Virus record (IMG/VR): IMGVR_UViG_3300049828_000145
Location: 1-38,014 of that record
Length of the DNA stretch: 38,014 bases
Reading direction: 5' to 3' (one strand)
DNA from: a virus
Taxonomy: Duplodnaviria > Caudoviricetes
Numbering within the stretch: position 1 is the first letter of the stretch; each line of letters starts with the position of its first letter. Positions 8,529 through 18,866 of this stretch are shown piece by piece. Below the pieces are notes generated by a model that searched no databases, was not told the origin of the DNA, and saw only the letters and a program-made list of their open reading frames with translations. The position numbers and the translations under genes were made by a program.

Positions 8529-9413
8529 ATGATTGACATGTCAGAAAAAATTGACGTTGAAAGTCTTAACTTTCCTGAAGACACAACGGACACAGAGGTA
8601 ACACCTCAAGAAGGAAATGAACAACCAGTGGTAGAGCAGAAAACTGAAGAACCTGCAAAGGAACCAGTAATAGAAAAAACAGAAACTAAAGTAGAGACAA
8701 AAGAAGTAACGAATCCTACTGAGAAAGAAGTTAAGATTTCTAATCCACCACAAAAATACGAAGGTGAAACAGATATACAGTTTAACTTGAGACAGCAAAT
8801 TTATAACGCTGGACAAGCTAAAGCTCAAGCTGATACAGATGAAGAAAAATCTATTCTATCAAAACATATCTCTTCTCTTCGTAAAGAACTAGCACAGTCT
8901 AGTAAATCTACAAAGGTTGAAACCACTCAGTCACAACCAGAACCTGCGAAGGTTGAGGATGATGACAAAGAACAAATAAAACAAAGTTTACGTGAGATGG
9001 GGTTCTTGCCAGCTGATGAAGTTGAAGCAAGAGCAATGCAAATGATTGCACAACAATCAAGACAGCAAGAACACATATCCGCTACTAAAGAGTTTTATTC
9101 TGTGCGCAAAGATATAGCTTCAGACCCGATTAAGAAAGAAATACTTGAGAAGATAGTTGTAGAAAGGTTTAATATTACACCTAACACAACAGGAGAAGAA
9201 TTGAAGACAGCTATGGATATGGCTGCTATGTACTTATTCCCTAAGCAGAGTATTTCAGCAGGAGCCAGAGAAGCAGCTGATAAACGTGATTTATACAACA
9301 CAGGTTCTCCTGTACGTTCTGATGAAAAATCAAATCAGAAAGTAGACGATAAAACACGAAGTGCTCTCAAGTCTCAAGGTTGGTCTGATGAAGATATTGA
9401 ATCATTTACCTAA
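8529..9413 (+). CDS. capsid scaffolding protein
   Basis: E/K/P/T-rich disordered N-terminus, helical core, short C-terminal helix-turn-helix; upstream of the capsid genes. Confidence 0.75.
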   Translation: MIDMSEKIDVESLNFPEDTTDTEVTPQEGNEQPVVEQKTEEPAKEPVIEKTETKVETKEVTNPTEKEVKISNPPQKYEGETDIQFNLRQQIYNAGQAKAQADTDEEKSILSKHISSLRKELAQSSKSTKVETTQSQPEPAKVEDDDKEQIKQSLREMGFLPADEVEARAMQMIAQQSRQQEHISATKEFYSVRKDIASDPIKKEILEKIVVERFNITPNTTGEELKTAMDMAAMYLFPKQSISAGAREAADKRDLYNTGSPVRSDEKSNQKVDDKTRSALKSQGWSDEDIESFT

Positions 9414-9463
9414 TTGGTGTAATCACAGTGGTTTTAACCAGCCACTTATTAAATTAAACAAGT

Positions 9464-9877
9464 ATGTCTTTTAAGCTAACAACAATCAAAAACACACGAG
9501 ATGTACGTAACGTAAAGCGAGCTTCTTCTGTAGCTACTACAGTTGATTACCTTTATGAGTTTTCAGTATCTACTGGGGCTCTTAAAGCTGCTGATGCGTC
9601 TACCGTTGCAAACCAAGTGCTTTTCAAAGCTAACGAAACCACTTCAGCAGGAACTACTCCTGTAAGTGCTACTGTAGTAGCTCTTGGTGATGAGTTCATC
9701 GTTGATTCTGTCAACAACTCAAACGCTGCTCACAACGGTCAGCGTATGATTCTCAACGCCACTGGCGATAAACTTAACAACACTGGAACCGATGCAGCTG
9801 CTGGAGTATTCATGCAGGTCGACGTAATAGGCGCTGCCGCAGATAAGAAAATCCTCGCTCGTAAGGTAGGTGCATAA
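9464..9877 (+). CDS. putative capsid decoration/cement protein
   Basis: 137 aa, A/T/V-rich beta protein between scaffold and major capsid gene. Confidence 0.6.
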   Translation: MSFKLTTIKNTRDVRNVKRASSVATTVDYLYEFSVSTGALKAADASTVANQVLFKANETTSAGTTPVSATVVALGDEFIVDSVNNSNAAHNGQRMILNATGDKLNNTGTDAAAGVFMQVDVIGAAADKKILARKVGA

Positions 9878-9897
9878 TCTAACTACGACTAATATAT

Positions 9898-10941
9898 ATG
9901 TCATTAACTGCTTCATTTTCAACAATTCTTGACGCACGCGTTAAGAAAATCCTCCCAGTAGTGGAGTCTTCTGTAAAAGAAGAATATAAACAGTATTCAC
10001 ACACTGTTTCACATCAAGAATACCAGTACGTAACAACAGGAGTAACTGGACTCTCTATGGGTCAAATTATTGCTGACGGACAAGTACCTGCTTCTGATGC
10101 ACCTATCCAAGGGTACACAAAGACCTTTACACAGGCAATCTTTACAAACCGTGTGCGCCTTTCAAAACAAGCGTACTACTACATGTTCAAATCAAAGAAC
10201 GGTAAGAAGATTGACGAGTCAGTAAAGTCTAAGATTATGAATCTTAAAGATTCTATTGTACACCTCAAGAACTACTACGCTCAGTCAATTCTAGCTAACG
10301 GTCAGTCAACATCTTTCTCTTTCACTCCAATCGGAGGATTCCAAGGAACTGTTACTGTTGACACAACCACAGCAGACGGTGTAGCTCTTTGGTCAGCTTC
10401 TCACACTCGTGAAGACGGTGGTTCTAACTGGACTAACATCGTAGTGTCAGGTGCTACAACAAACCCTGTGTTCTCTTTTGCTTCTCTTCTTGCAGCTCGT
10501 TCACTCCACGCTCAGAAGAAAGATGGTCGTGGTCTTCCACTCCAATCTTCTCTTGACACATTCATGTTCCAGCGTGACTCCACAGCATATTTCCTTGCTA
10601 AGTCACTTAAAGGAACTCTTGAAAGTGGTAAATACCCATCAGCAACACCTGGGTCAACAGGTACTTTCGTTGATGCAGCTCCTACAGAATCATTCAAGAT
10701 TATTCCTCTTGATATTTATGGTGGAACTGGTACTACATCTGTTCAGTGGTTCGCTTTTGACTCATCAAAAGTAAATGCTGAAACTGGATTCCAATACATC
10801 GAGTCTATGCCACTCGAAGTTGGAGACCTTCAGGAAGATTTCGTAGGAAACCTTGACCTTATCATGACAGCAACACTTTACTGTCAGTTTGGTGCTAGTG
10901 ACCTTCGTTACTGGATGTATTCACAAGGAGACGACAACTAG
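9898..10941 (+). CDS. major capsid protein (HK97 fold, Mu gpT-like)
   Basis: 347 aa; ADGVALWSASH, QKKDGRGLP and QWF motifs typical of gpT-like capsids; synteny. Confidence 0.85.
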   Translation: MSLTASFSTILDARVKKILPVVESSVKEEYKQYSHTVSHQEYQYVTTGVTGLSMGQIIADGQVPASDAPIQGYTKTFTQAIFTNRVRLSKQAYYYMFKSKNGKKIDESVKSKIMNLKDSIVHLKNYYAQSILANGQSTSFSFTPIGGFQGTVTVDTTTADGVALWSASHTREDGGSNWTNIVVSGATTNPVFSFASLLAARSLHAQKKDGRGLPLQSSLDTFMFQRDSTAYFLAKSLKGTLESGKYPSATPGSTGTFVDAAPTESFKIIPLDIYGGTGTTSVQWFAFDSSKVNAETGFQYIESMPLEVGDLQEDFVGNLDLIMTATLYCQFGASDLRYWMYSQGDDN

Positions 10942-10950
10942 TTTGTTTTT

Positions 10951-10986
10951 CCTTAGCTCACAGGGCGCAACCTGTGGGTTATAGGG
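10951..10986 (+). terminator. stable stem-loop after the major capsid gene
   Basis: gctcacagg-gcgcaa-cctgtgggt within a longer imperfect stem; no clear U tract, so possibly an mRNA stabiliser or attenuator. Confidence 0.55.
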
Positions 10987-11010
10987 TAAATAAGCCCAAT
11001 ATATATCATT

Positions 11011-11355
11011 ATGCTATGGAACATCCATGGAACGCCTAAAGACGTTTCAGTAAACATTTCTTCTTCTGGAGATAACACAATAGTTTCAGGTTCTACTATT
11101 GGTCGTAATTTAATTCACGCGCTTTCTTTAGTTGCAGCTTCTGCGGTTACAGTAACCATTAAACTTGGTTCAAGAACAGTTGGTACATTTGCTTTGTCTG
11201 CTGGAGGTTCAATCAACTTAAGTAACCTTGCTTCTCAGGAAGGTGGAGCTTTTTACGAGTGTCTTACAGGGGAAGCTTTTATTATAAACCTTAGTGGTGC
11301 TGTAAACGTAACAGGAACAGTTAAGTACAGCAACACTTCAGACGTAGTTTCTTAA
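11011..11355 (+). CDS. putative virion structural protein
   Basis: 114 aa, beta-strand-rich, directly after the capsid gene. Confidence 0.6.
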   Translation: MLWNIHGTPKDVSVNISSSGDNTIVSGSTIGRNLIHALSLVAASAVTVTIKLGSRTVGTFALSAGGSINLSNLASQEGGAFYECLTGEAFIINLSGAVNVTGTVKYSNTSDVVS

Positions 11356-11359
11356 AACA

Positions 11360-11989
11360 ATGACACCAGAGCAAGTAACCACGTTAAAAAGCTTTGCTGA
11401 ACAGCGTGACGTAATTCAAGCTGAGGTGTCTTCACTTACAAAACAACGTGATGAACTCCTTGCTAAAAACAAAGAGCTTTCATCTTCTAACTCAGCACTC
11501 AATTCAGAAGTTGAGATATACCAAGAACAAAGAAAATCGGTAGTAAATGAAATACATTCATCAACCAAAGCACTACTTGAAGAAAAAATAAAGTTAGAAA
11601 AAGATTTATCTTCTATTGAGACAAAGATAAACGAGTCAAGAGCAGAGCTTGCAGAAAATATAAGCAACATTAAGCTAATTAAAGAACAGCTTTCTGGTTT
11701 ACTTGAGTTCACAGAAGAAATTAAATCTAGTATTAAAGATTCATCTGAAGAAGTTTCAAAACATATAGAAACGGTTAAGAAATCTTCTTCTGATTGTGTA
11801 GAGTCTGTTCGTGTAATTAAAAATATTTCAGAAGTGTTCACGTTGGAAGTGTCTTCTGTTTATGAAGAAATAGCAAACAAACGTTCTTTGCTAGACAAAA
11901 GGGAGATATATCTTAACGACAGGCAGAGAGCAATAGATGAACTGGTCGAGGATTATAAGAAAACACTATTACAAGAGCATGGAAGATAA
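11360..11989 (+). CDS. long coiled-coil protein
   Basis: Heptad-like L/I/E/K pattern along 209 aa. Confidence 0.7.
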   Translation: MTPEQVTTLKSFAEQRDVIQAEVSSLTKQRDELLAKNKELSSSNSALNSEVEIYQEQRKSVVNEIHSSTKALLEEKIKLEKDLSSIETKINESRAELAENISNIKLIKEQLSGLLEFTEEIKSSIKDSSEEVSKHIETVKKSSSDCVESVRVIKNISEVFTLEVSSVYEEIANKRSLLDKREIYLNDRQRAIDELVEDYKKTLLQEHGR

Positions 11990-12200
11990 GGAAAATTACG
12001 CATTATTAAAAGTAATCGCTTCATCTGTGGAGACAATAAAAGAAGACTTAAAAGAGATGAAGGAAGGACTTAAAGGTAAAGTTGAGGTCAACGATTTTAC
12101 CGCATTAAAAAAAGACGTAGAAGACTTAAAAAAAAAGAGTTGGTTTGTCGCAGGAATAGCATCAGCGATTTCTTTTTTCGCTAGTCACTTTCTAAAATGA
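11979..12200 (+). CDS. coiled-coil protein with C-terminal transmembrane helix (XhlA/holin-like)
   Basis: MEDKENY...KKDVEDLKKKS-WFVAGIASAISFFASHF; start chosen at ATG 11979. Confidence 0.5.
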   Translation: MEDKENYALLKVIASSVETIKEDLKEMKEGLKGKVEVNDFTALKKDVEDLKKKSWFVAGIASAISFFASHFLK

Positions 12201-12592
12201 TAGAAGTAGACGTAAACCAATTAACAGAAGAGCAGTTAGCTGTTGTAGTTTCACTAGATGACCTACCAACAACACCTGCTGGTCAACATATAAAAAAGAA
12301 CTCTGATGGGTCTTTTTCCAACTCACCAGATACAGGGGGTTCTGTCGCCCCTACGTTCGAAACTGTTTCAAAGAACTTAGATTCTTACCAATCAGTTTTA
12401 AATTACACAGGTGATAACCTTGCAAGTATAGTGTATGACATTGGTGGTGGTGATTTTATAACAAAAACATTCACATACACAGGCGACAATCTTACTTCAA
12501 TAGTTTTGTCGGGTGATATACCTCTTGGAATTGACACAACCAAAACTTTGTTGTACACTGGAGACAATCTAACTGATATAAGTTACTCATAG
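12197..12592 (+). CDS. virion protein with three YTGDNL repeats
   Basis: LNYTGDNLASI / FTYTGDNLTSI / LLYTGDNLTDI. Confidence 0.65.
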   Translation: MIEVDVNQLTEEQLAVVVSLDDLPTTPAGQHIKKNSDGSFSNSPDTGGSVAPTFETVSKNLDSYQSVLNYTGDNLASIVYDIGGGDFITKTFTYTGDNLTSIVLSGDIPLGIDTTKTLLYTGDNLTDISYS

Positions 12593-12628
12593 CACAATAT
12601 CTTATTATCATACTAACTTACTATATAA

Positions 12629-14305
12629 ATGTCATTCGTAGCATCAGATTGGTCAATTGACCGACAAACAAAAAATATCCGTTATATAGGTGATGACCAC
12701 ACAGGAACAACTCCTAGTTATGCAACGGTAATTGAATTTCACCGTGCTTTGCAAGACTTTGCAGACGATGCTGGTTATTCAGGGAATGATGAACTCGACA
12801 TCACAGACCCAACACCTTCAGAGCGTTCAACTGATAACATCGTTACCTTGATTAACTCATGGAACATTGACGATACAGCGGCAGAACATATCTATGACGG
12901 CTCTATTATTCAATCATCTGGAGACGTTATCTATGACGGTATCAAGATTCTTGCTCCTATTGGTACAGCGGTACAGTTTATTCAAAACGGTGCCGTATTA
13001 GCTGATGACTGGTGGAACGCTGATGGTGGTCTAAACTTTGACTCAGCTAACGGTGTTTCTCATAACTTCATGCTCAAGGTGCGTACAGGAGGTGCTGACA
13101 TTGACGGTCGTCGTCTTATTGCAACCACCCGTGAATGGGGTAAGAACTACCTAGAGTTCAAGGTCAATGGTACAACTCGTGGTATCAACGTGGTCGCTCT
13201 TGCTACTGCTTCTGACCTTAACAACACAACATCTATTGGTACAATTGCTGCACTTACCAACATTACAAATACAACTGAAGGCTATAATGGTATAGACGTT
13301 GATAACAACGGCTCAGATGAGTATTATTACTCAGAATGGAACCTAGACGGCGAAGACATCAACGACTTCTACCAGAGAATGAAGTGGCTTACAAGAGATG
13401 GTTCAGCATCGACTCTTTATGGTCTTAATGGTGAATTGTTCCGCGGCATCACACATGAAATAACAGTAGACGGTGGTTCAGGCACATGGAACGCGTATGA
13501 ACCTGTTTCATGGTCTGGAGGTACTGGTCAATTACTTGCTCGTAACAACGCAACAGCTACTTCTTGTACAAAACTATGGATTCAGCTTCTTACTGGAGTT
13601 GCACCTACAGACAACCAGACAATCACAGGCGGAACATCTGGGGCTACTAACACAGTGAACGTCACAGTAACAGAGCGTACAATCTCAACTCCTTTCTGTG
13701 GAGCTTCAACTGGTTCTGCTATAATTGGTTCTTACGGTTTTGGTATTGAAGCATTAGACCTGTCTGCTTCTGATAAAGTATTCGACCTTACAAACACGCA
13801 AGTAACACCTCCTAACTATGTTACATTTACCGTTGGTGGACTTGTCTCAGGAGACCGTGTTCTTGTAACAAATGATGACTCTTCTGCTATTGACTACAAC
13901 CAGTTCACACTTAATGGTGCATTAACTGGTGCAGCAGTTACTTCTGTTGTCGTAAACGGTTCCATTCCAGCAGATACACCTTCCACAGGAACAATTCGTA
14001 TTCAGAGAGCAGACGGACAGTACACTCGTCATCCTTACTCTGCTTGGGCAGGTTCTACATTCACAATTACCTCACACGACTTCTCTTCAAACAATGCTTC
14101 TAACGGCGCAAACACATTCATCTCATATATTGACGACGCTGCATCAGGAGCAACAATGACATTTACATCTGTGTACTCGTCAGATAGAACTCTCTTTATC
14201 CGTGTACGTGACGGTGGAGGAACTCCAATCAAGACTTTCGAGACAACTGGTACATTAGGTTCTTCTGGAGGTTCAACCACAGCAATCCGCACATCAGACG
14301 CATAA
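12629..14305 (+). CDS. putative fibre/appendage structural protein
   Basis: 558 aa, T/G/S-rich, in the structural operon. Confidence 0.6.
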   Translation: MSFVASDWSIDRQTKNIRYIGDDHTGTTPSYATVIEFHRALQDFADDAGYSGNDELDITDPTPSERSTDNIVTLINSWNIDDTAAEHIYDGSIIQSSGDVIYDGIKILAPIGTAVQFIQNGAVLADDWWNADGGLNFDSANGVSHNFMLKVRTGGADIDGRRLIATTREWGKNYLEFKVNGTTRGINVVALATASDLNNTTSIGTIAALTNITNTTEGYNGIDVDNNGSDEYYYSEWNLDGEDINDFYQRMKWLTRDGSASTLYGLNGELFRGITHEITVDGGSGTWNAYEPVSWSGGTGQLLARNNATATSCTKLWIQLLTGVAPTDNQTITGGTSGATNTVNVTVTERTISTPFCGASTGSAIIGSYGFGIEALDLSASDKVFDLTNTQVTPPNYVTFTVGGLVSGDRVLVTNDDSSAIDYNQFTLNGALTGAAVTSVVVNGSIPADTPSTGTIRIQRADGQYTRHPYSAWAGSTFTITSHDFSSNNASNGANTFISYIDDAASGATMTFTSVYSSDRTLFIRVRDGGGTPIKTFETTGTLGSSGGSTTAIRTSDA

Positions 14306-14342
14306 AATGGTCTTTGTGCTATTATAAGGTAATAATTAAATT

Positions 14343-14558
14343 ATGGCACTAAACGCAACATCTGGTTCACTCGTTATAGTAGGTGCAAACACAATCAACG
14401 CAAAGGTATTTTGGGATGGTGTTGAACTTACTGAGGTTATTAAAGGACAAATAAACTTCGATGAAGAAGGATTTGTTCGATTAAAAGTAGAAAATACAAC
14501 AAACTTCGATGCTATTTATGCAGAGATGGAACTTAACAATATTGTAATAAAGAAATAA
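14343..14558 (+). CDS. hypothetical protein
   Basis: 71-aa ORF in a tightly packed operon. Confidence 0.65.
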   Translation: MALNATSGSLVIVGANTINAKVFWDGVELTEVIKGQINFDEEGFVRLKVENTTNFDAIYAEMELNNIVIKK

Positions 14559-14559
14559 T

Positions 14560-14811
14560 ATGTCATCACACAATAACTTTTTACTTGTCACACCTGACGG
14601 ATGGACAGAATTAGAGAACGCTCCAGAAATATTATTTAGTCAAGGAGGTCTTGCTACTGTGTCTGACCTTATTAACAATACTGACTGGCCAGCTTTAAGC
14701 CAGTTACTTGAGAACGCTGGAGTTATAGCAGAAAACACACAAATAACAGAAGCTAGAGTTATTAACACACAAATTGGTGAAACAGCTTATAGATTCTGGT
14801 ACATTCAATAA
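14560..14811 (+). CDS. hypothetical protein
   Basis: 83-aa ORF in a tightly packed operon. Confidence 0.65.
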   Translation: MSSHNNFLLVTPDGWTELENAPEILFSQGGLATVSDLINNTDWPALSQLLENAGVIAENTQITEARVINTQIGETAYRFWYIQ

Positions 14812-14814
14812 CAC

Positions 14815-17331
14815 ATGGCTTCAATTCGTGATTATGCAGTAACAATTTATGCAACAGTAACCGCTTCTATGGTCTGTGAGATGCCAGAACACGCTTCTGG
14901 TGATTTACTCGTAGCTTTCGTAAACAAAGATACCGCATCAAACTTCACGACACCTTCTGGATGGACAGCTGGGCAAACACAAGTTTCAGCTGGTGCAGGT
15001 GGTGGTGTTTATTACAAACGTGCTGCATCTTCTTCTGAAACAGTTACTTTTGCTCTTTCATCAGAAACATGTAATGCTGTAGTGATTGCAGTAAAAGACG
15101 TAAACGGCACAACTGGAGCAGATGCAGTGTCTGGTACTGCAAAATCAGGCGCAGATGACTCAACACTACCACTTACAGGCATTGGTATTACTCCATCACA
15201 TGATAACTGCTTGATTATTCATGGCTTATCAGGAGACGCAGTTACAGCTGCCACAGCACAACCTCCTTGGATTAACTTGTTCGCAGGTGACGCTGGAGCA
15301 AACTCATTATGTGTTGCATATACTCATCAGAACGGTACAGCTTCTGCAATTACAGCACCAGACCATTGGGCACAGGTTGTAGACGACACTCGTGGTTTCA
15401 TAATTGCAATAAGACCAGCTTCATCCAACAATACAGTATCTCCCTATATACCATTATCACAGGTGCCAGCTGTTAGAGTTTCTGCGTTAACTGGTACTAC
15501 TGGTACAGTTGACGGTGGTACATACACAGCAGCAGCAAGTATTGTATTAACAACAATAAATGGTAAAACGGTTTCTGGTATTACTGTATCAAGCACCGCT
15601 GACTCTGGGGTTAACCCATTCAGAGGTTCAACTCTTAATGGTGGTGTTTCTTCGACAACAAACCTAAACCATGTAGAATTACCATTAACATCAGCTGTTA
15701 ACTTAACAGCTGGTGGTGGTTTGTTATTTGGAACTTACATGTTCACAGCCCCTCGTGATTACATTGATACAGGTAAAGCAACACAAGGTGGTGTATACAT
15801 TGTTGCTGGCTCAGACTCTTCCAACTACAGAGCATGGGTTGTTGGAGGACAGTTTGCTAAAACAACAAGAGCTGACGCAAGAAACAACTATCTTATTGAG
15901 GTTGCGACAAATGACACAATATATGGCTCTGCTGGAACTCCATCTTACTCAGCAATGGACTTCTTAGCTTTTGGTGGGGCTGGTTACTATGGGGCAAACA
16001 GTGTTAGATGGAATGAACTATGGAGAATAGACGGCGTTACACTTGCTGGAGGAGTTTCCGCTTCTCCTTTTGGTTTTGATGACATAATTTTTGTTGTAAA
16101 TAATGGCACAGCTCAGCTTCCTCTTATTGTTCAAAATGGTTCTGGTGCCACTGTGTGGACTCCGATTAAATTTGGTGGCGTTGATCCAATTCACGTCTCT
16201 TGTAATTTGAACACATTTCAGATGCCAAGAAAGGCCGATGAAATAGACTATGTAGACTTCCATGTTTCTAACAATAAGATAGGTTATGAGTTTGACGGTC
16301 AAGATAGAGGTTCTGGCGATGTAGACACAATTCATTTTACAAACTGCGTGTTTACTTCACCTTCTCCTTATTACTGGAGATTTGCTTCAACACATGATGC
16401 TGGAGCAAATATAGACTTTACTGGGTCTTCTATTGTGGGGGCAACTGTTACGCTACGTTCAACATCAGACTTAGATGGAGTAACATTTATTGACTGTCCC
16501 ACATTTACACAAAACAGTGCTACGCTAACAAACTGCACGTTCAGTAACACCAAAGTAACATCCGCTTCACCAGCAGACGCCGCTCTTATTTCAGACAGTT
16601 CATTCACATCTGGGGGCACAGGTTATGCTATTGAAATTGGTGGGACTGCTGCTAATATAACACTTACTAACGTTGATTTTTCTGGTTATGCTGGGACAAA
16701 CGGTTCTACTGGCAATGAAGCTATTTATGTAAACATAGCATCAGGCTCAATGACTATCAGTATCTCAGGTGGAACAACACCTTCAATAAGAACAGCTGGG
16801 GCAACTGTGACAGTTCAAAATGCTGTTACTGTAAAAGTTACAGCAAAAGACGCAACCTCACTTTCTGCTATCCAGTCAGCGAGAGTTCTACTTGAAGCAG
16901 ATTCTGGTGGAGATTTGCCAGCTGGAGAAAGTGTTTCAATAACACGTTCTGGTTCAACAGCTTCTGTATCGCACACTGCTCATGGCATGACAGCTGGTAT
17001 GTCTGTGATAATTCGTGGGGCAACACAAGATGAATATAACGGAATCTATACAATAACAAATGTAACAACTAATGCTTATGACTACACCGTAACTGGAACA
17101 CCTGCCACACCAGCAACAGGCTCTCCAACAGCAACTTGTGCAATCCTAAACGGAACAACAGATGCTTCTGGTATAATACAAAATACAGGATTTAACTTTA
17201 CCTCAAACCAACCAATTACAGGTAAAGTCAGGAAAGCAACAACTGGAACAAAATACAAAACAGGAGCAATTACTGGCACAATAACAACAGCTGGTCTTGA
17301 TACAACAGTTCTCCTGATCGCAGACGAATAA
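14815..17331 (+). CDS. large fibre/adhesin protein (beta-helix segment and FCCH-like barrel)
   Basis: 838 aa, T/A/G/S-rich; FTNCVF/LTNCTF beta-helix turns; SITRSGSTASVSHTAHGMTAGMSVIIRGA...YNGIYTIT resembles the phage FCCH-like domain. Confidence 0.65.
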   Translation: MASIRDYAVTIYATVTASMVCEMPEHASGDLLVAFVNKDTASNFTTPSGWTAGQTQVSAGAGGGVYYKRAASSSETVTFALSSETCNAVVIAVKDVNGTTGADAVSGTAKSGADDSTLPLTGIGITPSHDNCLIIHGLSGDAVTAATAQPPWINLFAGDAGANSLCVAYTHQNGTASAITAPDHWAQVVDDTRGFIIAIRPASSNNTVSPYIPLSQVPAVRVSALTGTTGTVDGGTYTAAASIVLTTINGKTVSGITVSSTADSGVNPFRGSTLNGGVSSTTNLNHVELPLTSAVNLTAGGGLLFGTYMFTAPRDYIDTGKATQGGVYIVAGSDSSNYRAWVVGGQFAKTTRADARNNYLIEVATNDTIYGSAGTPSYSAMDFLAFGGAGYYGANSVRWNELWRIDGVTLAGGVSASPFGFDDIIFVVNNGTAQLPLIVQNGSGATVWTPIKFGGVDPIHVSCNLNTFQMPRKADEIDYVDFHVSNNKIGYEFDGQDRGSGDVDTIHFTNCVFTSPSPYYWRFASTHDAGANIDFTGSSIVGATVTLRSTSDLDGVTFIDCPTFTQNSATLTNCTFSNTKVTSASPADAALISDSSFTSGGTGYAIEIGGTAANITLTNVDFSGYAGTNGSTGNEAIYVNIASGSMTISISGGTTPSIRTAGATVTVQNAVTVKVTAKDATSLSAIQSARVLLEADSGGDLPAGESVSITRSGSTASVSHTAHGMTAGMSVIIRGATQDEYNGIYTITNVTTNAYDYTVTGTPATPATGSPTATCAILNGTTDASGIIQNTGFNFTSNQPITGKVRKATTGTKYKTGAITGTITTAGLDTTVLLIADE

Positions 17332-17332
17332 T

Positions 17333-17833
17333 ATGGCGATAACAATTAACTGGGCCACAAAAGTAATATCAGTGCCACAAGCAGAACTAACACTTCTTAG
17401 TGGTAACCTATACGAACTAGATGTTGATGTTTTTCGTCTTGCTTTGAAAGACATTGAAGATAACGTGGATGGTATTGTTTTTCTTGCGACACATAGACAC
17501 AACACTCAAGTTACACTTTCTGGGGTGACATACGCTCGTACTTTTGAAATCATAAACGGTTATACAGTGACCTTTGAAGACACAGGAACACCGTATACTA
17601 TTTCGTGTACAGGCGCTAACCATAACTTAGCAGACGTAACAAATTTTAATGGTTCTTATTCTTTGATTGTAGGCAACTCTGCTGGTCTTATTGTTACAAG
17701 TTCTGGCGGTGGTTCAACTGCATCTGATATCTGGAATTATGACATATCAGGAATTAGTACCACAGATACCGCAGGTAAAGTTCTTAAAGATGCTAAGAAT
17801 AAAGCTGGTTTAGCTGCTTCGCTTTCAGCATAG
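17333..17833 (+). CDS. putative virion protein
   Basis: 166-aa ORF in the fibre cluster. Confidence 0.6.
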   Translation: MAITINWATKVISVPQAELTLLSGNLYELDVDVFRLALKDIEDNVDGIVFLATHRHNTQVTLSGVTYARTFEIINGYTVTFEDTGTPYTISCTGANHNLADVTNFNGSYSLIVGNSAGLIVTSSGGGSTASDIWNYDISGISTTDTAGKVLKDAKNKAGLAASLSA

Positions 17834-17862
17834 TTGACATTTTACTAAAAACATTATAAAAT
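17834..17862 (+). promoter_or_regulatory. sigma70 promoter, leaderless
   Basis: TTGACA(17834)-17 bp-TAAAAT(17857); ATG 6 nt downstream. Confidence 0.75.
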
Positions 17863-17868
17863 ATCTTC

Positions 17869-18864
17869 ATGGAAGACTTCATTATTTACCTTAAAGGTGA
17901 CATTGTCGGCAAAAGTACTAAAGCTGATGGCCATAAAACAATTATTGCATCACTTGTACCAACAACAGTTGAAGCTGGCACATATACTGGGAAATTAGAA
18001 ATAACTGTTGACAAAACAGGTAGAATTACCAGTATCTCAACAATAGAAGAAACTAACCCATTAACACCAATTCTTTCAGGTTCTGGGTTGATATATGTCG
18101 ACAACGGACAAATATCATTTGTAGATAAAGAAGAACTCACACATAAACCAGTAACCGTAGAAATACCTGTAAAGTCTGTAAACGGAAAGACAGGAGATAT
18201 TACTATTGATATTCCTGAATTTAAACAGACATTCAATAATGGAGATTACGACATAAAACAAATATCAAGCGTAAAACTTGGCAAAGGCGTTCTTATGTCA
18301 GATGGAGATACCGTTTTCACTGAAGAAGTAAAGAACCCTGAACCTGCCCTTATAACGATTTCTGGAGATGCAGAAGGAGAAGGTTTTGAGCATATACATC
18401 TAAAATTGCTCAATGTTCCTATTGAAAAAGGTGGCACAGGAGCAACAACAAAAGATGACGCTATTAAAAACCTATGGCCAGAAAACCAGAAAGGTGTTCT
18501 TATAAGAACAAACTCAGAGGTAAAGTCAATAGAAAATACTGGTAGTAAAAAGTTTCTTACTCAAGAGTCTGGTGGCGAACCTGTATATTCTGAAATATCA
18601 TTGCAAGATTTACCTCAAATACCTCACTCAAAATTACATGTAATACCTTTAGAGAAGGGTGGTACAGGCAAGACTTCTTTTACTGATGGTATTATTCTTG
18701 TAAAGAATGGTGAATTTACAACTATATCAGAAAAAGATATTCTATCAGCAATTGATAACAACCTAGCAGTTCTGTCAGCAGAACTTGAATCTTTAACAGA
18801 ATATACCCGTAATATAGAGCGCACACTATCTAGTAGGGTTGAAGACCTAAGTAAACTTGTATAA
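17869..18864 (+). CDS. tail fibre-related protein
   Basis: ITVDKTGRIT, VKSVNGKTGDI tail repeat and two P(I/L)EKGGTG motifs common in fibre shafts; C-terminal coiled coil. Confidence 0.65.
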   Translation: MEDFIIYLKGDIVGKSTKADGHKTIIASLVPTTVEAGTYTGKLEITVDKTGRITSISTIEETNPLTPILSGSGLIYVDNGQISFVDKEELTHKPVTVEIPVKSVNGKTGDITIDIPEFKQTFNNGDYDIKQISSVKLGKGVLMSDGDTVFTEEVKNPEPALITISGDAEGEGFEHIHLKLLNVPIEKGGTGATTKDDAIKNLWPENQKGVLIRTNSEVKSIENTGSKKFLTQESGGEPVYSEISLQDLPQIPHSKLHVIPLEKGGTGKTSFTDGIILVKNGEFTTISEKDILSAIDNNLAVLSAELESLTEYTRNIERTLSSRVEDLSKLV

Positions 18865-18866
18865 CT

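Noticed and set aside
12126-12137. Slippery TTAAAAAAAAAG run in the holin-like gene
   Set aside because: The -1 frame stops within about 15 codons; no fusion product or stimulatory structure is evident
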